64,000 nucleotides of DNA from Clostridia bacterium (GTDB lineage Bacteria; Bacillota; Clostridia; Christensenellales; Borkfalkiaceae): positions 21,193 to 85,192 of the forward strand of contig JAFQGG010000001.1 of assembly GCA_017415505.1 (NCBI GenBank), given 5' to 3'. Numbering within the stretch: position 1 is the first letter of the stretch; each line of letters opens with the position of its first letter. This document shows, piece by piece, positions 31,737 through 41,794 of the stretch. The translations under genes were made by a program, and so were the position numbers. Under the pieces are notes generated by a model that did no database searches, had not been told where the DNA came from, and saw only the letters and a list, made by a program, of their open reading frames with translations.

Positions 31737-32981
31737 TTAATTCACCTTAAATTCGGTATTGTTAAACTTTATATTCTCCACATAACGAACTCTCGGCGCG
31801 TGATATTGCCCGTCGTTATGGCTCGTCGCTCCGTGTGCGAAACGATTTGGAAATTCCGAGCCATCTGTTATTTCAAAAGTACAATCGCTAAAACAAATAT
31901 TCTTCAAATAATTATCCGAGCGTCCCAACAACGTAGGGAATTCGCAACCGCTCGCGTGAATATTAGAAAAATACAAATTACGTATCCCTGTAATCGGCAT
32001 TTCGGGAGAATAAGCCACGTCAATCAATATCGAATTAGAACATATACGGTTCATAATAATGTTATTAAACGACAAATTTTCAATTAAAGTTTCTTCCCTG
32101 CCCACGTCCGTCATATTTTCCGGTGCTTCTCGGCGTAAATAGGGCAACAAAATGCTAATGCCGACAGTCGTATCCGTCATTACCAAGTTAGAAAATACAC
32201 AATTTCTAATTACCCCGTCTTTACACCAACCGATACGAATCCCACCTGAATAACTGGTTAAATTACAGTTCGTCACGCAAACTTTTTCGCAAACCTTATT
32301 TTCTTTCAAGGAAACGCTATTTGCCCGTACGACAATACAATCGTCCCCGCAAACGATATTACAATTCGATACCGTCACGCTGCGAGAACAATTTATATGA
32401 ATACCGTCGTTGTTCGGGTAATCTACGTTGGCAAAGATTTTGGCTCTATCAATCGTCACAACGTCACAGTCATGAATCCAATACCCCCATCCTGCGGGAA
32501 GATTTTCCAACGTAATATCCTCAACCTTTACGTTCTTACACCCCGTAAAAAACACAGCGCGCGGTGGCGTTGCCGCATCGCGACGGCAATATTTCCAATA
32601 AGTATCGCGATACTTGTAAACGAACTTATCACCATTACAATCTATTTTACCCAAGCCACAAATTGAAATATTTTCACATTCGTCCGCAAAAATAAAACTT
32701 GCATTTTTTGCACGAGGCAACCATTTGGTTTTTACGTGTTTTACGTTTGACCTTTCGGGATAATCTTTACAATCCTCTGAGCCAATCAACACTGCATTTG
32801 CGGCAAGATACAGTTCAGTATTACTTTTCAGTTCAATCGAGCCGCTTAAAAACTTGCCTCCTTCAATCAAAACCCTGCCCCCGCCGTGTTTTTCACAATC
32901 GTCAATCGCTTTTTGTATTGCCCGCGTATTCAAAGTCTTACCATCTGGAATAGCCCCATAGTCTTTTATATCAAAAATCAT
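31737..32981 (-). CDS. glycoside hydrolase family 28 (polygalacturonase-like)
   Basis: DYGAIPDGKTLNTRAIQKAIDDC N-terminus, plus NNDGIH, GDDCIV and GGIRIG blocks (the NTDG / DD / RIK equivalents). Confidence 0.75.
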   Translation of the reverse strand: MIFDIKDYGAIPDGKTLNTRAIQKAIDDCEKHGGGRVLIEGGKFLSGSIELKSNTELYLAANAVLIGSEDCKDYPERSNVKHVKTKWLPRAKNASFIFADECENISICGLGKIDCNGDKFVYKYRDTYWKYCRRDAATPPRAVFFTGCKNVKVEDITLENLPAGWGYWIHDCDVVTIDRAKIFANVDYPNNDGIHINCSRSVTVSNCNIVCGDDCIVVRANSVSLKENKVCEKVCVTNCNLTSYSGGIRIGWCKDGVIRNCVFSNLVMTDTTVGISILLPYLRREAPENMTDVGREETLIENLSFNNIIMNRICSNSILIDVAYSPEMPITGIRNLYFSNIHASGCEFPTLLGRSDNYLKNICFSDCTFEITDGSEFPNRFAHGATSHNDGQYHAPRVRYVENIKFNNTEFKVN

Positions 32982-32996
32982 ATCCTATCCTCGTTT

Positions 32997-33806
32997 TTAT
33001 TTTTTAATTTGTTTTAACGCCTTTTTAATATCCCATTCGCTTTCGTTAAGCAACTGTTCTGCCAAAATCTCATCACAGCCTAATATATCTTGGACAATCC
33101 TTACCATTCTATTTTTTAATTTAATATTAGACGGTCTCAAGTTAATCATCAGATTTTCATATACGTATCCATTTTTTATCATCGCGCAAGTAGAAAGCAT
33201 ATTTAACACGAATTTTTGCGCATTTCCACCTTTCATTCGTGAAGAACCAGTAATTACTTCCGCCCCAGTATCGGGACAAATAGCAATATCCGATTGTTGA
33301 GCAAGCAAGCTGCCTCCATTTGAAGTAAGCCCTACTGTGATTGCTCCTTGATTTTTTGCATAATCAAGTGCAGCAAGGACGTATTGCGCACCACCTGCCA
33401 CTGAAATACCAACCACTACATCATTGGCCGTAATGTTATACTTTGCCAAATCTTCCACGCCACATTCACCAATATCTTCAGCGTTTTCGCTTGCACTTCT
33501 TAAACATTTATCTCCGCCTGCGATAATTCCGATAACCATATTATCCGACACGCCATACGTCGGCGGACACTCGGAAGCATCTAAAACCCCTATTCGCCCC
33601 GAAGTTCCTGCCCCAATATAAAACAATCTGCCGCCTTTTGCAAAACGATTAGAAATAATATCTACAGCTTTTGCGATATTCTCCAATTCCGCCTCTACGG
33701 CTTTCACGGAATTCATATTTTCTTCGTTGATAATTTTGAGCATAGACAACGTATCCATTTTGTCAATGTGTGTCGTTTTTGGATTTCGCATTTCCGTCTT
33801 TAACAT
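32997..33806 (-). CDS. murQ: N-acetylmuramic acid 6-phosphate etherase
   Basis: SIS domain with GAGTSGRIG and a MurQ-type N-terminus (TEMRNPKTTHIDKMDTLSMLKIINEE). Confidence 0.8.
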   Translation of the reverse strand: MLKTEMRNPKTTHIDKMDTLSMLKIINEENMNSVKAVEAELENIAKAVDIISNRFAKGGRLFYIGAGTSGRIGVLDASECPPTYGVSDNMVIGIIAGGDKCLRSASENAEDIGECGVEDLAKYNITANDVVVGISVAGGAQYVLAALDYAKNQGAITVGLTSNGGSLLAQQSDIAICPDTGAEVITGSSRMKGGNAQKFVLNMLSTCAMIKNGYVYENLMINLRPSNIKLKNRMVRIVQDILGCDEILAEQLLNESEWDIKKALKQIKK

Positions 33807-34683
33807 TTTTTTCTCCTTTTATCGCTTTACGTACTGCTCCCATTACGGGTTTTTCTTCATTAAAATATATCTCATAGTGCTTAAATTTTTCTTTTATAAA
33901 ATCCCTAAACGCTCGTGCTTTACTAACCCCGCCCATAAACGCTATCTTGGGTTTTTCTTGAAGATAAACAGATAATGCATCCTCAACCAATGAAGCCGTG
34001 TGTTGCAAATTCGTTCGAATGATTTGACGGCAAATCTCATCACCCTTATCATATCCCTTAAAAACCAAAGGACAAAAGGATGCCACAAAAAATTTCCCTT
34101 TCGTTAAAATCTTACCTAAACTCACACGAATACCATTCCCCAAAGATTTTGTTAAATATTCGTATAACAGCGTTTTTTCTCCTACCCCGTCTTCATAACG
34201 TATAGCAGCTTTAATAGCGTCCCGTCCGTAAGCATAACCGCTTCCGCCGTCTTCAAACAAATAACCGTATCCACCAACAATTTTATTCTTGCCACCTACG
34301 CTTATTACGGAGCTAATGCCTGTACCGCAGATTACCGCAATACCATCATCGCCGCATAAACATATCTCTAACGCATTCATAAGATCGCTTTCCACTTCCA
34401 CATTTGGATAATCTTTTGACAATTTCGTTTTCAAAATTTTGGCGTTGTTTCCTACTGCTGCGCCAGATATCCCAGCAAAAATAAATATGTTTTGGGGAGA
34501 TATTTCTTTCCCTTTCAAAAGTTCTTGTATCCCGTTCAACAATATGTTATACGAACTTTCAATACCTTTATCGTTAGGATTTGACCCTTCTTTGAGTAGA
34601 CTGGTTAGTGCATTTCCGTTCTCGTCTGCTAACACAAACTCTGTTTTCGTTCCCCCGCCATCTATACCTATATAGTATTTCAT
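33763..34683 (-). CDS. BadF/BadG/BcrA/BcrD-type ATPase (N-acetylglucosamine-kinase-like sugar kinase)
   Basis: MKYYIGIDGGGTKTEF ATP-binding motif. Confidence 0.75.
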   Translation of the reverse strand: MKYYIGIDGGGTKTEFVLADENGNALTSLLKEGSNPNDKGIESSYNILLNGIQELLKGKEISPQNIFIFAGISGAAVGNNAKILKTKLSKDYPNVEVESDLMNALEICLCGDDGIAVICGTGISSVISVGGKNKIVGGYGYLFEDGGSGYAYGRDAIKAAIRYEDGVGEKTLLYEYLTKSLGNGIRVSLGKILTKGKFFVASFCPLVFKGYDKGDEICRQIIRTNLQHTASLVEDALSVYLQEKPKIAFMGGVSKARAFRDFIKEKFKHYEIYFNEEKPVMGAVRKAIKGEKNVKDGNAKSKNDTH

Positions 34684-36572
34684 AATGTTTCACTCTTTTT
34701 AATTGCAAATAATTTGCTTTGATTTTTTCTAAATCCTATCTTTATCTGGTTGTGTTGAGTCCTATAGTATTCGTGTTCAAAAACCCCGCACAACACACAT
34801 TCCTTTGGCATACTCAACGTATATTCTCCGTCTTCCGCCGCCGTCATGCTTATAAAATCGCCATTTGCAAATATTAAGCCCGTTTTTTCGAGATAAATAT
34901 GTACGTTCGCTCTTTTATAATACTCTCTTATTTCTTTTTCTACAAGTGCTTTATTCGGAATAAAAATATGTTTACCGTTAACGTCGTAGTCCCTCCCTGT
35001 AAGAATAACCGTTATTCCAAGCTCGTCCAAACGCTTAATAATCTCTATATCTTTAGATGTAAGTTCAAGCGGGGCTAAATAAAATACACATTTATATTCT
35101 TTTAAGGTTTCAAAAGAAAAATCACCTTTTAAATATAAATCATAAGGTACTCCCGCATCACCGAAACAAACAAGTTGCTCGCCATACGTTTGTCCATAAT
35201 AAAGAGTATTCATTCCATACGAAGCATCTTCGTCTAATACGACCGCAACTTCGGTGGCTTTTTTGAAAGGTTTTTTCAATGCGGACAAATATATCCGATG
35301 CGCTTCGTTCATAAACTCTAACATTTTAGGCGTATTATACCAACCGCCCCACATATCAAACCACCAAAAAGCATTCCCGCTTGTAAGTACCTTTCCAAAA
35401 GAACGAATCAAATTCCAAATTGACTCTTCTTCCGTTTTCGGTCCAAACCAAATAGGGGCGTACATTCTTTCATTATTTTTATCTACGACGGTTGGCATAG
35501 TATCATACAATGATTTCGTTTGAAAAGTACGAACGTCCGCTTCTAAAAACCACAATTTCCCTGCATTCGCACACGACTGCATTGCACTATGATAAATCCA
35601 ATCACGTGCAGTTTGTCTAAGTTCCGTATATCCAAACGGCGAGGCAAAAAAATCTATATTTTCACTATGCAAGATTTTACTTAATGCACAATGCCCAGAA
35701 TAACAGCCCAGTTGACCTATATAACCGTAAAAAACTCCCACGAAGATATCATTTTCATATATCTGCTTTACATGTTTACATAAATGTTCTAACGCATTTG
35801 CGTAGGACTCATTAAAACAACGATAATAATCAATCGTTTGTCGATGCCGAGCGACATCAACCATTGCGGTTTCATTTCGCTCCATACGCCGTTTTATGGA
35901 CGGTATTTCAATTTCCGAAAAATCAATAAGTTCTGTTCCCCACGCAATGTTAAGCGCATATATATTTTTATATTTTTCTTCACACCAACGAGAAAATGCT
36001 TTTTGTGCACAAACCGAAAAATCAGGTTCCCCATCTACATCAAGCGGAGCAATCCATTCTTCCGTATTCATTGCGGCTATCTGCCAAGCGATGATATTGT
36101 CCTTATATTTTGTATTTTCGATATGGGTTTTTAATTTTGCAAAAAAATATTTTACATCCGCTATCCATTTTTCAGAAAAAGAAGACTGCATCAAAACTTG
36201 TCCATTGCTCAGTCTTACTAAATCATCAGGGTTTTCTTCTCGCCACCAAGACGGCATATTTACATTGATTCTAAGCAATAAATAACCCTTGAGCTCATCT
36301 CCTAAAACCTGCCCTACAACTTTATCTACGACGGAAAAATCAAATTCTTTACGAGCTTTCCAGATAGGCTTTTCAAAAGGTCTTATCCCCGAAAGCTCGT
36401 TAATAGGCTTATCCCCCATGCAAACACTCGCACTAAACAATTCATACCCTATCTTACGAAAGGTTTCATAATTTGCACGAAACGGAAGATAGGACATATA
36501 CGCAATAGGCGCAATATCCTTTCCGTCCACATTCAATATTAAGTTGTTGTTTTTAAGCAAAACTTTTTTCAT
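34680..36572 (-). CDS. putative TIM-barrel glycoside hydrolase (GH42-like architecture), function unknown
   Basis: 630-aa cytoplasmic protein with a W-rich pattern (AWQIAAMNTEEW...FWWFDMWGGWY). The assignment is by resemblance only. Confidence 0.4.
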   Translation of the reverse strand: MKKVLLKNNNLILNVDGKDIAPIAYMSYLPFRANYETFRKIGYELFSASVCMGDKPINELSGIRPFEKPIWKARKEFDFSVVDKVVGQVLGDELKGYLLLRINVNMPSWWREENPDDLVRLSNGQVLMQSSFSEKWIADVKYFFAKLKTHIENTKYKDNIIAWQIAAMNTEEWIAPLDVDGEPDFSVCAQKAFSRWCEEKYKNIYALNIAWGTELIDFSEIEIPSIKRRMERNETAMVDVARHRQTIDYYRCFNESYANALEHLCKHVKQIYENDIFVGVFYGYIGQLGCYSGHCALSKILHSENIDFFASPFGYTELRQTARDWIYHSAMQSCANAGKLWFLEADVRTFQTKSLYDTMPTVVDKNNERMYAPIWFGPKTEEESIWNLIRSFGKVLTSGNAFWWFDMWGGWYNTPKMLEFMNEAHRIYLSALKKPFKKATEVAVVLDEDASYGMNTLYYGQTYGEQLVCFGDAGVPYDLYLKGDFSFETLKEYKCVFYLAPLELTSKDIEIIKRLDELGITVILTGRDYDVNGKHIFIPNKALVEKEIREYYKRANVHIYLEKTGLIFANGDFISMTAAEDGEYTLSMPKECVLCGVFEHEYYRTQHNQIKIGFRKNQSKLFAIKKSETL

Positions 36573-36584
36573 CTTTTCCTTTTT

Positions 36585-39416
36585 TTAGTAAGTCAACGCA
36601 ATCACTTTATTCAAACCAAACGGCACATATTCATAATCGGGAACAAAATAGCTTTGTCCAAATAAAACTGCTTCATCTCCCTTCCAACAACCCCGAAACG
36701 TAAACATACGTGGAATAATCCCGCTATTTTTATCCAAGCCACGCACGTGATGCGGTCCGTACATATTCCGAAGCGACGAAGTTAATGTAATCTCCACTTT
36801 ATTTTTTCCGATTTGTGCAAACTCCGAAATATCCACTTCTTCGCCTAAAACCGCCACCCCTGCAAGCGACTCGTTCACGTATATTCTCGCAGACATATAA
36901 TCCCCTTCTAAACGAAGCTTACAATTCGTCGATAACAAATCGATTTCACCGCCCACGTATACTTTCCCAGCAAAAAACTTCAATCCTTTTTTCTGCAAAT
37001 CGTTCAATCCGCTAATCGGGATATTTGCGGAAATAACGCCTTCTTTAAACACAGAAAAGTTCCCTTTCAAAAAAATAGGTTCTATCGTCGTATCATACAC
37101 AAGACAATTCCGAAGACTTTCCGTCACTCCTTCGTCAAATACCGCATGCCGCACACTCGAATCCTGATAATAATCAATCAAAAACTCAATATAATGCTCA
37201 CCTTTCGACACGTTTCTAATCGTCCCTTCTTGATACATAATATCGCAATCACTTTGCGACAAGGGAATATTCTCCCCGTCAATTTTAACGTGTTTTATAC
37301 GAGTATTTCCCGTTAGCAACATAAAATCCCCGTTTGTTTCCGCACGGAAATAATATCGAACGTACAAATCCCCCTCATAATTATCAAAAATAAGCTCGTC
37401 TAACATTTTTGAATAAAATACGTCATCGCTAAAATACACACCATCTTTGCTAAAACGAACAAAATCCAACATCAACGCATTTTCTGTTCTTCCCTTAAAC
37501 ACAAATGCTCCCGTTTCTTCTTTTTCCATTAAAAACGGTATGTACGGCTTATGTGCCTTCCCTTTTTTCAAAACAATTGCTTGACACGGCGATAACCGAA
37601 CGGTTGCGTCTAACGCATATGTCTTATCCTGCACAACGTCGTATTCCACAAATTTTTCCATTTCGTCAAATACAATCTCTGCACAGTTTTTCTCGTCACA
37701 GTTCACTATATACACATATTCCCCGATTTCGCCTTTACAACACCGAGACAGTACCTTATCCCCTTGTAAATAACGGATTTTATATTTTTGATTTTCTACG
37801 ATATCCTGTAAAGAGCAATTACCTCTTAATGCGGGAAAACTACTGTATCCCCCACAAATATATGTAGGAAAATCTTTATATAAACACAGCTTCCCGCCAT
37901 TTTTTTCAAACGCAGATAACAAATCGTAGGTACTTTTAGAAAGACTTTGCATATACGGAAGAATCACATAATCATACTCACACTTTCCAACGATAAATTT
38001 ATTCCCTTCAACTCTACCTTTTGCCGATAAAATAAACTCGTCGCCATAGTGAAATCGCACGCTGTTAAAAGCCAAATAATCGGTTAATTTTGTAAACTCT
38101 TCATCCAATGTTGCTATGCTATTTTCATCTTCCGCTCGCAAATACTCCAAATAAGCACTTTGCATAGGATGTATAACAAGCGTATTCGCACTTTCTTTCG
38201 TGTTTCGCAAAATATATCCTAGTTTGGCAAAATATTCATTGAACAACCCAATATCTTCCCACCAAGGCGTATGCGGCGAAAAATCCGGTGGATTATCGGT
38301 AATTCCTTGCCCCTGAACACTGTAATTCATCAAATGCTGCACCATATAATTAACGCCGTTGACGTATTGATGATCTGCCACAAATTTCAAGCGTCGAGGG
38401 TCAGTTTCCAATCCTGAGCAGGCAAAGGTTTCCGTCAACACGGTTTTCTTTCCGCTTTGCGCCGCTACGCTGGCAACCTGTTTTGAATCAATCACTCCGT
38501 CTATATGCTTACAAAGATGATCAATGCCCGGTACTTGACAAAATTCATAACTTGGCATTGCACCACCACAACACCACATTTGCGTAAATAAATGAGGTTC
38601 TTCAACGGTATGCCCCGTCAACTTACAATGATGCGCTTCGCACCAATCGTATAGGATTTTATAATAATTTAAGGTATATAATTTGTTTAATAACGTATAA
38701 TATTCCACTCGAAATGCATAGCCGCGTTCATTTTGTTTAAAAAGCCAAATCAAGCCGTCACGAATATCCCCCAAAAACTCTTTTTCTAATTCTTTGGAGT
38801 AGGGCGTGGCATAGCGATAATATTGCGGTTCATCCGTGAAAAATCCCGCCACCGTACCCCCGAAATATTTCTTAAAACGTGCGTAATACCGTTCGTGCGT
38901 CGTTGCAATCAAATTGAGCGCCACCGCAGGATTACAAGGATCCACCTCCGATTCGCTTGTTTTCAAAAAAATCAAATGATATTTTTTTGCGCCTACATCG
39001 CTCATCACTCGCTTATATTCGCCGTTTTCTTCCACGAATACGGCAAAAGCCCCTTTATCAAAGGCGCTGTTTTCTTCATATTCAAGATATTGCGCGCGCT
39101 TACTTTCATCTTGCAGGTTAATTCCCCCCGCAAGCCCGCTCGGAAACCCGAATTCGTCATAAAGCCAAACCTTCATCCCCAATTCGTCGGCAACTAAAAT
39201 CGCCTTTTCCACACAGGCAAGCCATTCTTCTCCCATATACGGCGTATCCAATCCTGCGCGCGCGTGAATAACAAACCCACCGTAGTTCGCTTCATACATT
39301 TGCCGAATTTGTTTTTCAATTTCCGCTCTATCTAAACGGTTGTTCCAGCTCCAAAACGGAACGGGGGCATATTCGTTATATTCTTTTCTATCTATCAATA
39401 ACATCTTATTGTCCAA
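36585..39416 (-). CDS. large putative glycoside hydrolase (PFWSWN-type N-terminus)
   Basis: APVPFWSWNNRLDRAEIEKQIRQM...GGFVIHARAGL resembles the N-terminal TIM-barrel of uncharacterised 'glycosyl hydrolase' proteins (GH106-like). No signal peptide. Confidence 0.4.
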   Translation of the reverse strand: MDNKMLLIDRKEYNEYAPVPFWSWNNRLDRAEIEKQIRQMYEANYGGFVIHARAGLDTPYMGEEWLACVEKAILVADELGMKVWLYDEFGFPSGLAGGINLQDESKRAQYLEYEENSAFDKGAFAVFVEENGEYKRVMSDVGAKKYHLIFLKTSESEVDPCNPAVALNLIATTHERYYARFKKYFGGTVAGFFTDEPQYYRYATPYSKELEKEFLGDIRDGLIWLFKQNERGYAFRVEYYTLLNKLYTLNYYKILYDWCEAHHCKLTGHTVEEPHLFTQMWCCGGAMPSYEFCQVPGIDHLCKHIDGVIDSKQVASVAAQSGKKTVLTETFACSGLETDPRRLKFVADHQYVNGVNYMVQHLMNYSVQGQGITDNPPDFSPHTPWWEDIGLFNEYFAKLGYILRNTKESANTLVIHPMQSAYLEYLRAEDENSIATLDEEFTKLTDYLAFNSVRFHYGDEFILSAKGRVEGNKFIVGKCEYDYVILPYMQSLSKSTYDLLSAFEKNGGKLCLYKDFPTYICGGYSSFPALRGNCSLQDIVENQKYKIRYLQGDKVLSRCCKGEIGEYVYIVNCDEKNCAEIVFDEMEKFVEYDVVQDKTYALDATVRLSPCQAIVLKKGKAHKPYIPFLMEKEETGAFVFKGRTENALMLDFVRFSKDGVYFSDDVFYSKMLDELIFDNYEGDLYVRYYFRAETNGDFMLLTGNTRIKHVKIDGENIPLSQSDCDIMYQEGTIRNVSKGEHYIEFLIDYYQDSSVRHAVFDEGVTESLRNCLVYDTTIEPIFLKGNFSVFKEGVISANIPISGLNDLQKKGLKFFAGKVYVGGEIDLLSTNCKLRLEGDYMSARIYVNESLAGVAVLGEEVDISEFAQIGKNKVEITLTSSLRNMYGPHHVRGLDKNSGIIPRMFTFRGCWKGDEAVLFGQSYFVPDYEYVPFGLNKVIALTY

Positions 39417-39523
39417 TCTTACTGTCCTATCTTCTTATCTGCAAGGGGCATATTTCTATGCCCCTTACTTCAATAAACTCATTAACCTTAACAAACTATT
39501 TTCACGTAAATGCAAAAAATCTG

Positions 39524-41581
39524 TTAATCATTTTTCGGCGTAATTGTAATTGCATTGCTATTAGCATCTAACTTTACAGCCCCTACTACACCGAGGTTCG
39601 TTCCTTCGCTATCATAACACTTCACATCTTCGAGTTCTATAGAAACAAGGAATCTCAAAAGAGTCATCCCAAAATATTCATTATACTCGATTGCCGAATT
39701 ATTTATGCTACTTCCGTCCAAATTAAGGATGTCGTTCTGATATATCGCCCAATTATATTTCTCCGTCGTTGCGTCGTACTTAAAGACAATTTTTATCTTT
39801 AAAGATTGAGAATCTCCTTGGGGAAGAACTCTTGAACTCAGCTCACTCGCGCCATAAGAAGCTACGAGGTCAAATTTGCTTGCAATGTCAGTATAAGCTA
39901 AGGACTTCGTATCATCAGAACCTAAAGCCTGCAATCCGTTTGTTACACTTCCATTATATTGTACTTTCTTTACCGTATACTCAAAAGTAATATCTCTTCC
40001 TTTTTCCAAGGCAATATCGTTAGAGAACCACACGAATTCCGCCTTCGTTGTATTTATGCTCATATTATAGGACTCGGGCATAGCCACCGTACCTTCCAGC
40101 GTGATATTCGTCATTATGGGTGATTTGATATCGTAGGTCTCGCCGTTCACCGTCCAATCTTCAATCCCCCAACTTTCGTCAGGCGTATACGCTTTTCCCA
40201 CGGGAACAAAAGCCGTATCGAGCGTTTCACCGTCGCTTTGCACCGTCACCATACTTCCCTTACATTCGTTAACGCTTTCCGTTGCCGTTTCGATACTTTC
40301 ACCGTTATACGACACAGTAAAATTATCGATCACCAACGAGTTCATTCCGGCACCGGAAAAGGCAATTCCCACGTTTGCACTCGGCGCGAGTTCTTTGTCA
40401 ATACCTTCAACGCTACCCGCTTTCGTCCACGATTCGGCTTCAACGTCTTTCCAGTAAATCGTCACCGAGCCTTTTTCGTTATCGGATATATACGGTCTGT
40501 ATTCATACTTCAAGGATTTCCCTCCTGTTAATGAATTCAACCCCTGATAAGAAGTATCGTCTTTCGTTCCCGTGTATTTTATGGTATCTACCGAATATAA
40601 ACGAATCGTCCCGTCGTTAAAATTAGTAAGATACGTCGTCAACAAACTTACCGCATAATACTTGCTCGAATAAGGAGCAATCCCACCAAACACATTCGGA
40701 CCGATTACCAAACCCGTGCATTTAACCGTCTCCGCCAAATCACTCTCTAAAATATCAAATTCGAGAGTAAGTACGTCGCCGCTTACCATCTGTTCAATAT
40801 TTTGCTTTTGTCCAAGCGTCATCCAACCATTATTAGAAACGTATTTCGTCAAAAGTCTTTCTTTATATTCGGCATAAGAGTCTTTCGCGTCTTTCTCCAA
40901 GGCTTGCTCTGCTTTTTGCTCATTCAAGAAGACATACTCATACAAACGCAACACTTGCTCCGTCGAATAGATATCCGTCGTCGCCACGGCGTTATCCGCT
41001 AACGCCAGGTTCGCAATCTCCACCACGTTTCTCGCATTATCCGTTTCATTAAATGTCGCGTAATCATACGTCGTACCGTCATAATAATAACCGATTGCAA
41101 TAAAATCCCTATCCAGATTATTATACTTAATGGACGAAATTACGCCGTTAAAGCATTGGTATTTTACATCTTCTACCACCGTAGTCGGATTATACTCTTC
41201 ATCCGCCGCATATCCCTGCATATCGGTAAAATTCAATACTTGTACGTTTGCATTCTTAAACGTTTTAACGTAATCATTTTCGTTTTGTTCTAATGCAGTA
41301 GCGTATGTTGTGAGATAATCGTATGGAATAATGAGCATACCGTAATCCCCATCCGTATCCGTGTGAGCTTCATAATAAGCAGGCGTAACTGCCATTTTGA
41401 ATCTCAAGCCGTAAAAATCATCGTTTAGACGAGTGCTCGCACCATACGCCATAAAAATTTTCTGCGTCGAATCCGCTACTACGGGCGTTGCGGTGTTAAG
41501 TGAAATTGCACCCAACCCAATACAAGAAAATGCGCCAACGACCAAACTCAATAAACTTGTTTTTATACTTTTTCTTTTCAT
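39524..41581 (-). CDS. secreted protein of unknown function
   Basis: Start set at MKRKSIKTSLLSLVVGAFSCIGLGAISL (signal peptide) with AGGAGG upstream. Confidence 0.6.
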   Translation of the reverse strand: MKRKSIKTSLLSLVVGAFSCIGLGAISLNTATPVVADSTQKIFMAYGASTRLNDDFYGLRFKMAVTPAYYEAHTDTDGDYGMLIIPYDYLTTYATALEQNENDYVKTFKNANVQVLNFTDMQGYAADEEYNPTTVVEDVKYQCFNGVISSIKYNNLDRDFIAIGYYYDGTTYDYATFNETDNARNVVEIANLALADNAVATTDIYSTEQVLRLYEYVFLNEQKAEQALEKDAKDSYAEYKERLLTKYVSNNGWMTLGQKQNIEQMVSGDVLTLEFDILESDLAETVKCTGLVIGPNVFGGIAPYSSKYYAVSLLTTYLTNFNDGTIRLYSVDTIKYTGTKDDTSYQGLNSLTGGKSLKYEYRPYISDNEKGSVTIYWKDVEAESWTKAGSVEGIDKELAPSANVGIAFSGAGMNSLVIDNFTVSYNGESIETATESVNECKGSMVTVQSDGETLDTAFVPVGKAYTPDESWGIEDWTVNGETYDIKSPIMTNITLEGTVAMPESYNMSINTTKAEFVWFSNDIALEKGRDITFEYTVKKVQYNGSVTNGLQALGSDDTKSLAYTDIASKFDLVASYGASELSSRVLPQGDSQSLKIKIVFKYDATTEKYNWAIYQNDILNLDGSSINNSAIEYNEYFGMTLLRFLVSIELEDVKCYDSEGTNLGVVGAVKLDANSNAITITPKND

Positions 41582-41594
41582 TGCCTTCCTCCTT

Positions 41595-41726
41595 TTAATA
41601 AATATCTCCAAATATGTAGTCATCGTCAATTTTAATTGGTGTATCAAAACCGCTTGTACGAACGATGTCCACACAATCAAAGACGTGTAGTGAAATTGTC
41701 ACTGGTTCATAATTTTTTTGTTTCAA
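41595..41726 (-). CDS. possible 43-aa small ORF between two surface-protein genes
   Basis: AAGGAGG 8 nt upstream of TTG 41726. Manual translation gives MKQKNYEPVTISLHVFDCVDIVRTSGFDTPIKIDDDYIFGDIY. It ends 14 nt before the next gene's ATG. Confidence 0.25.
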   Translation of the reverse strand: MKQKNYEPVTISLHVFDCVDIVRTSGFDTPIKIDDDYIFGDIY

Positions 41727-41794
41727 TTGAATCATCCTCCTTGTTTTTTATCTTATAATTGAATATTTACGCCTATTCAATTGTAAAACCATAT

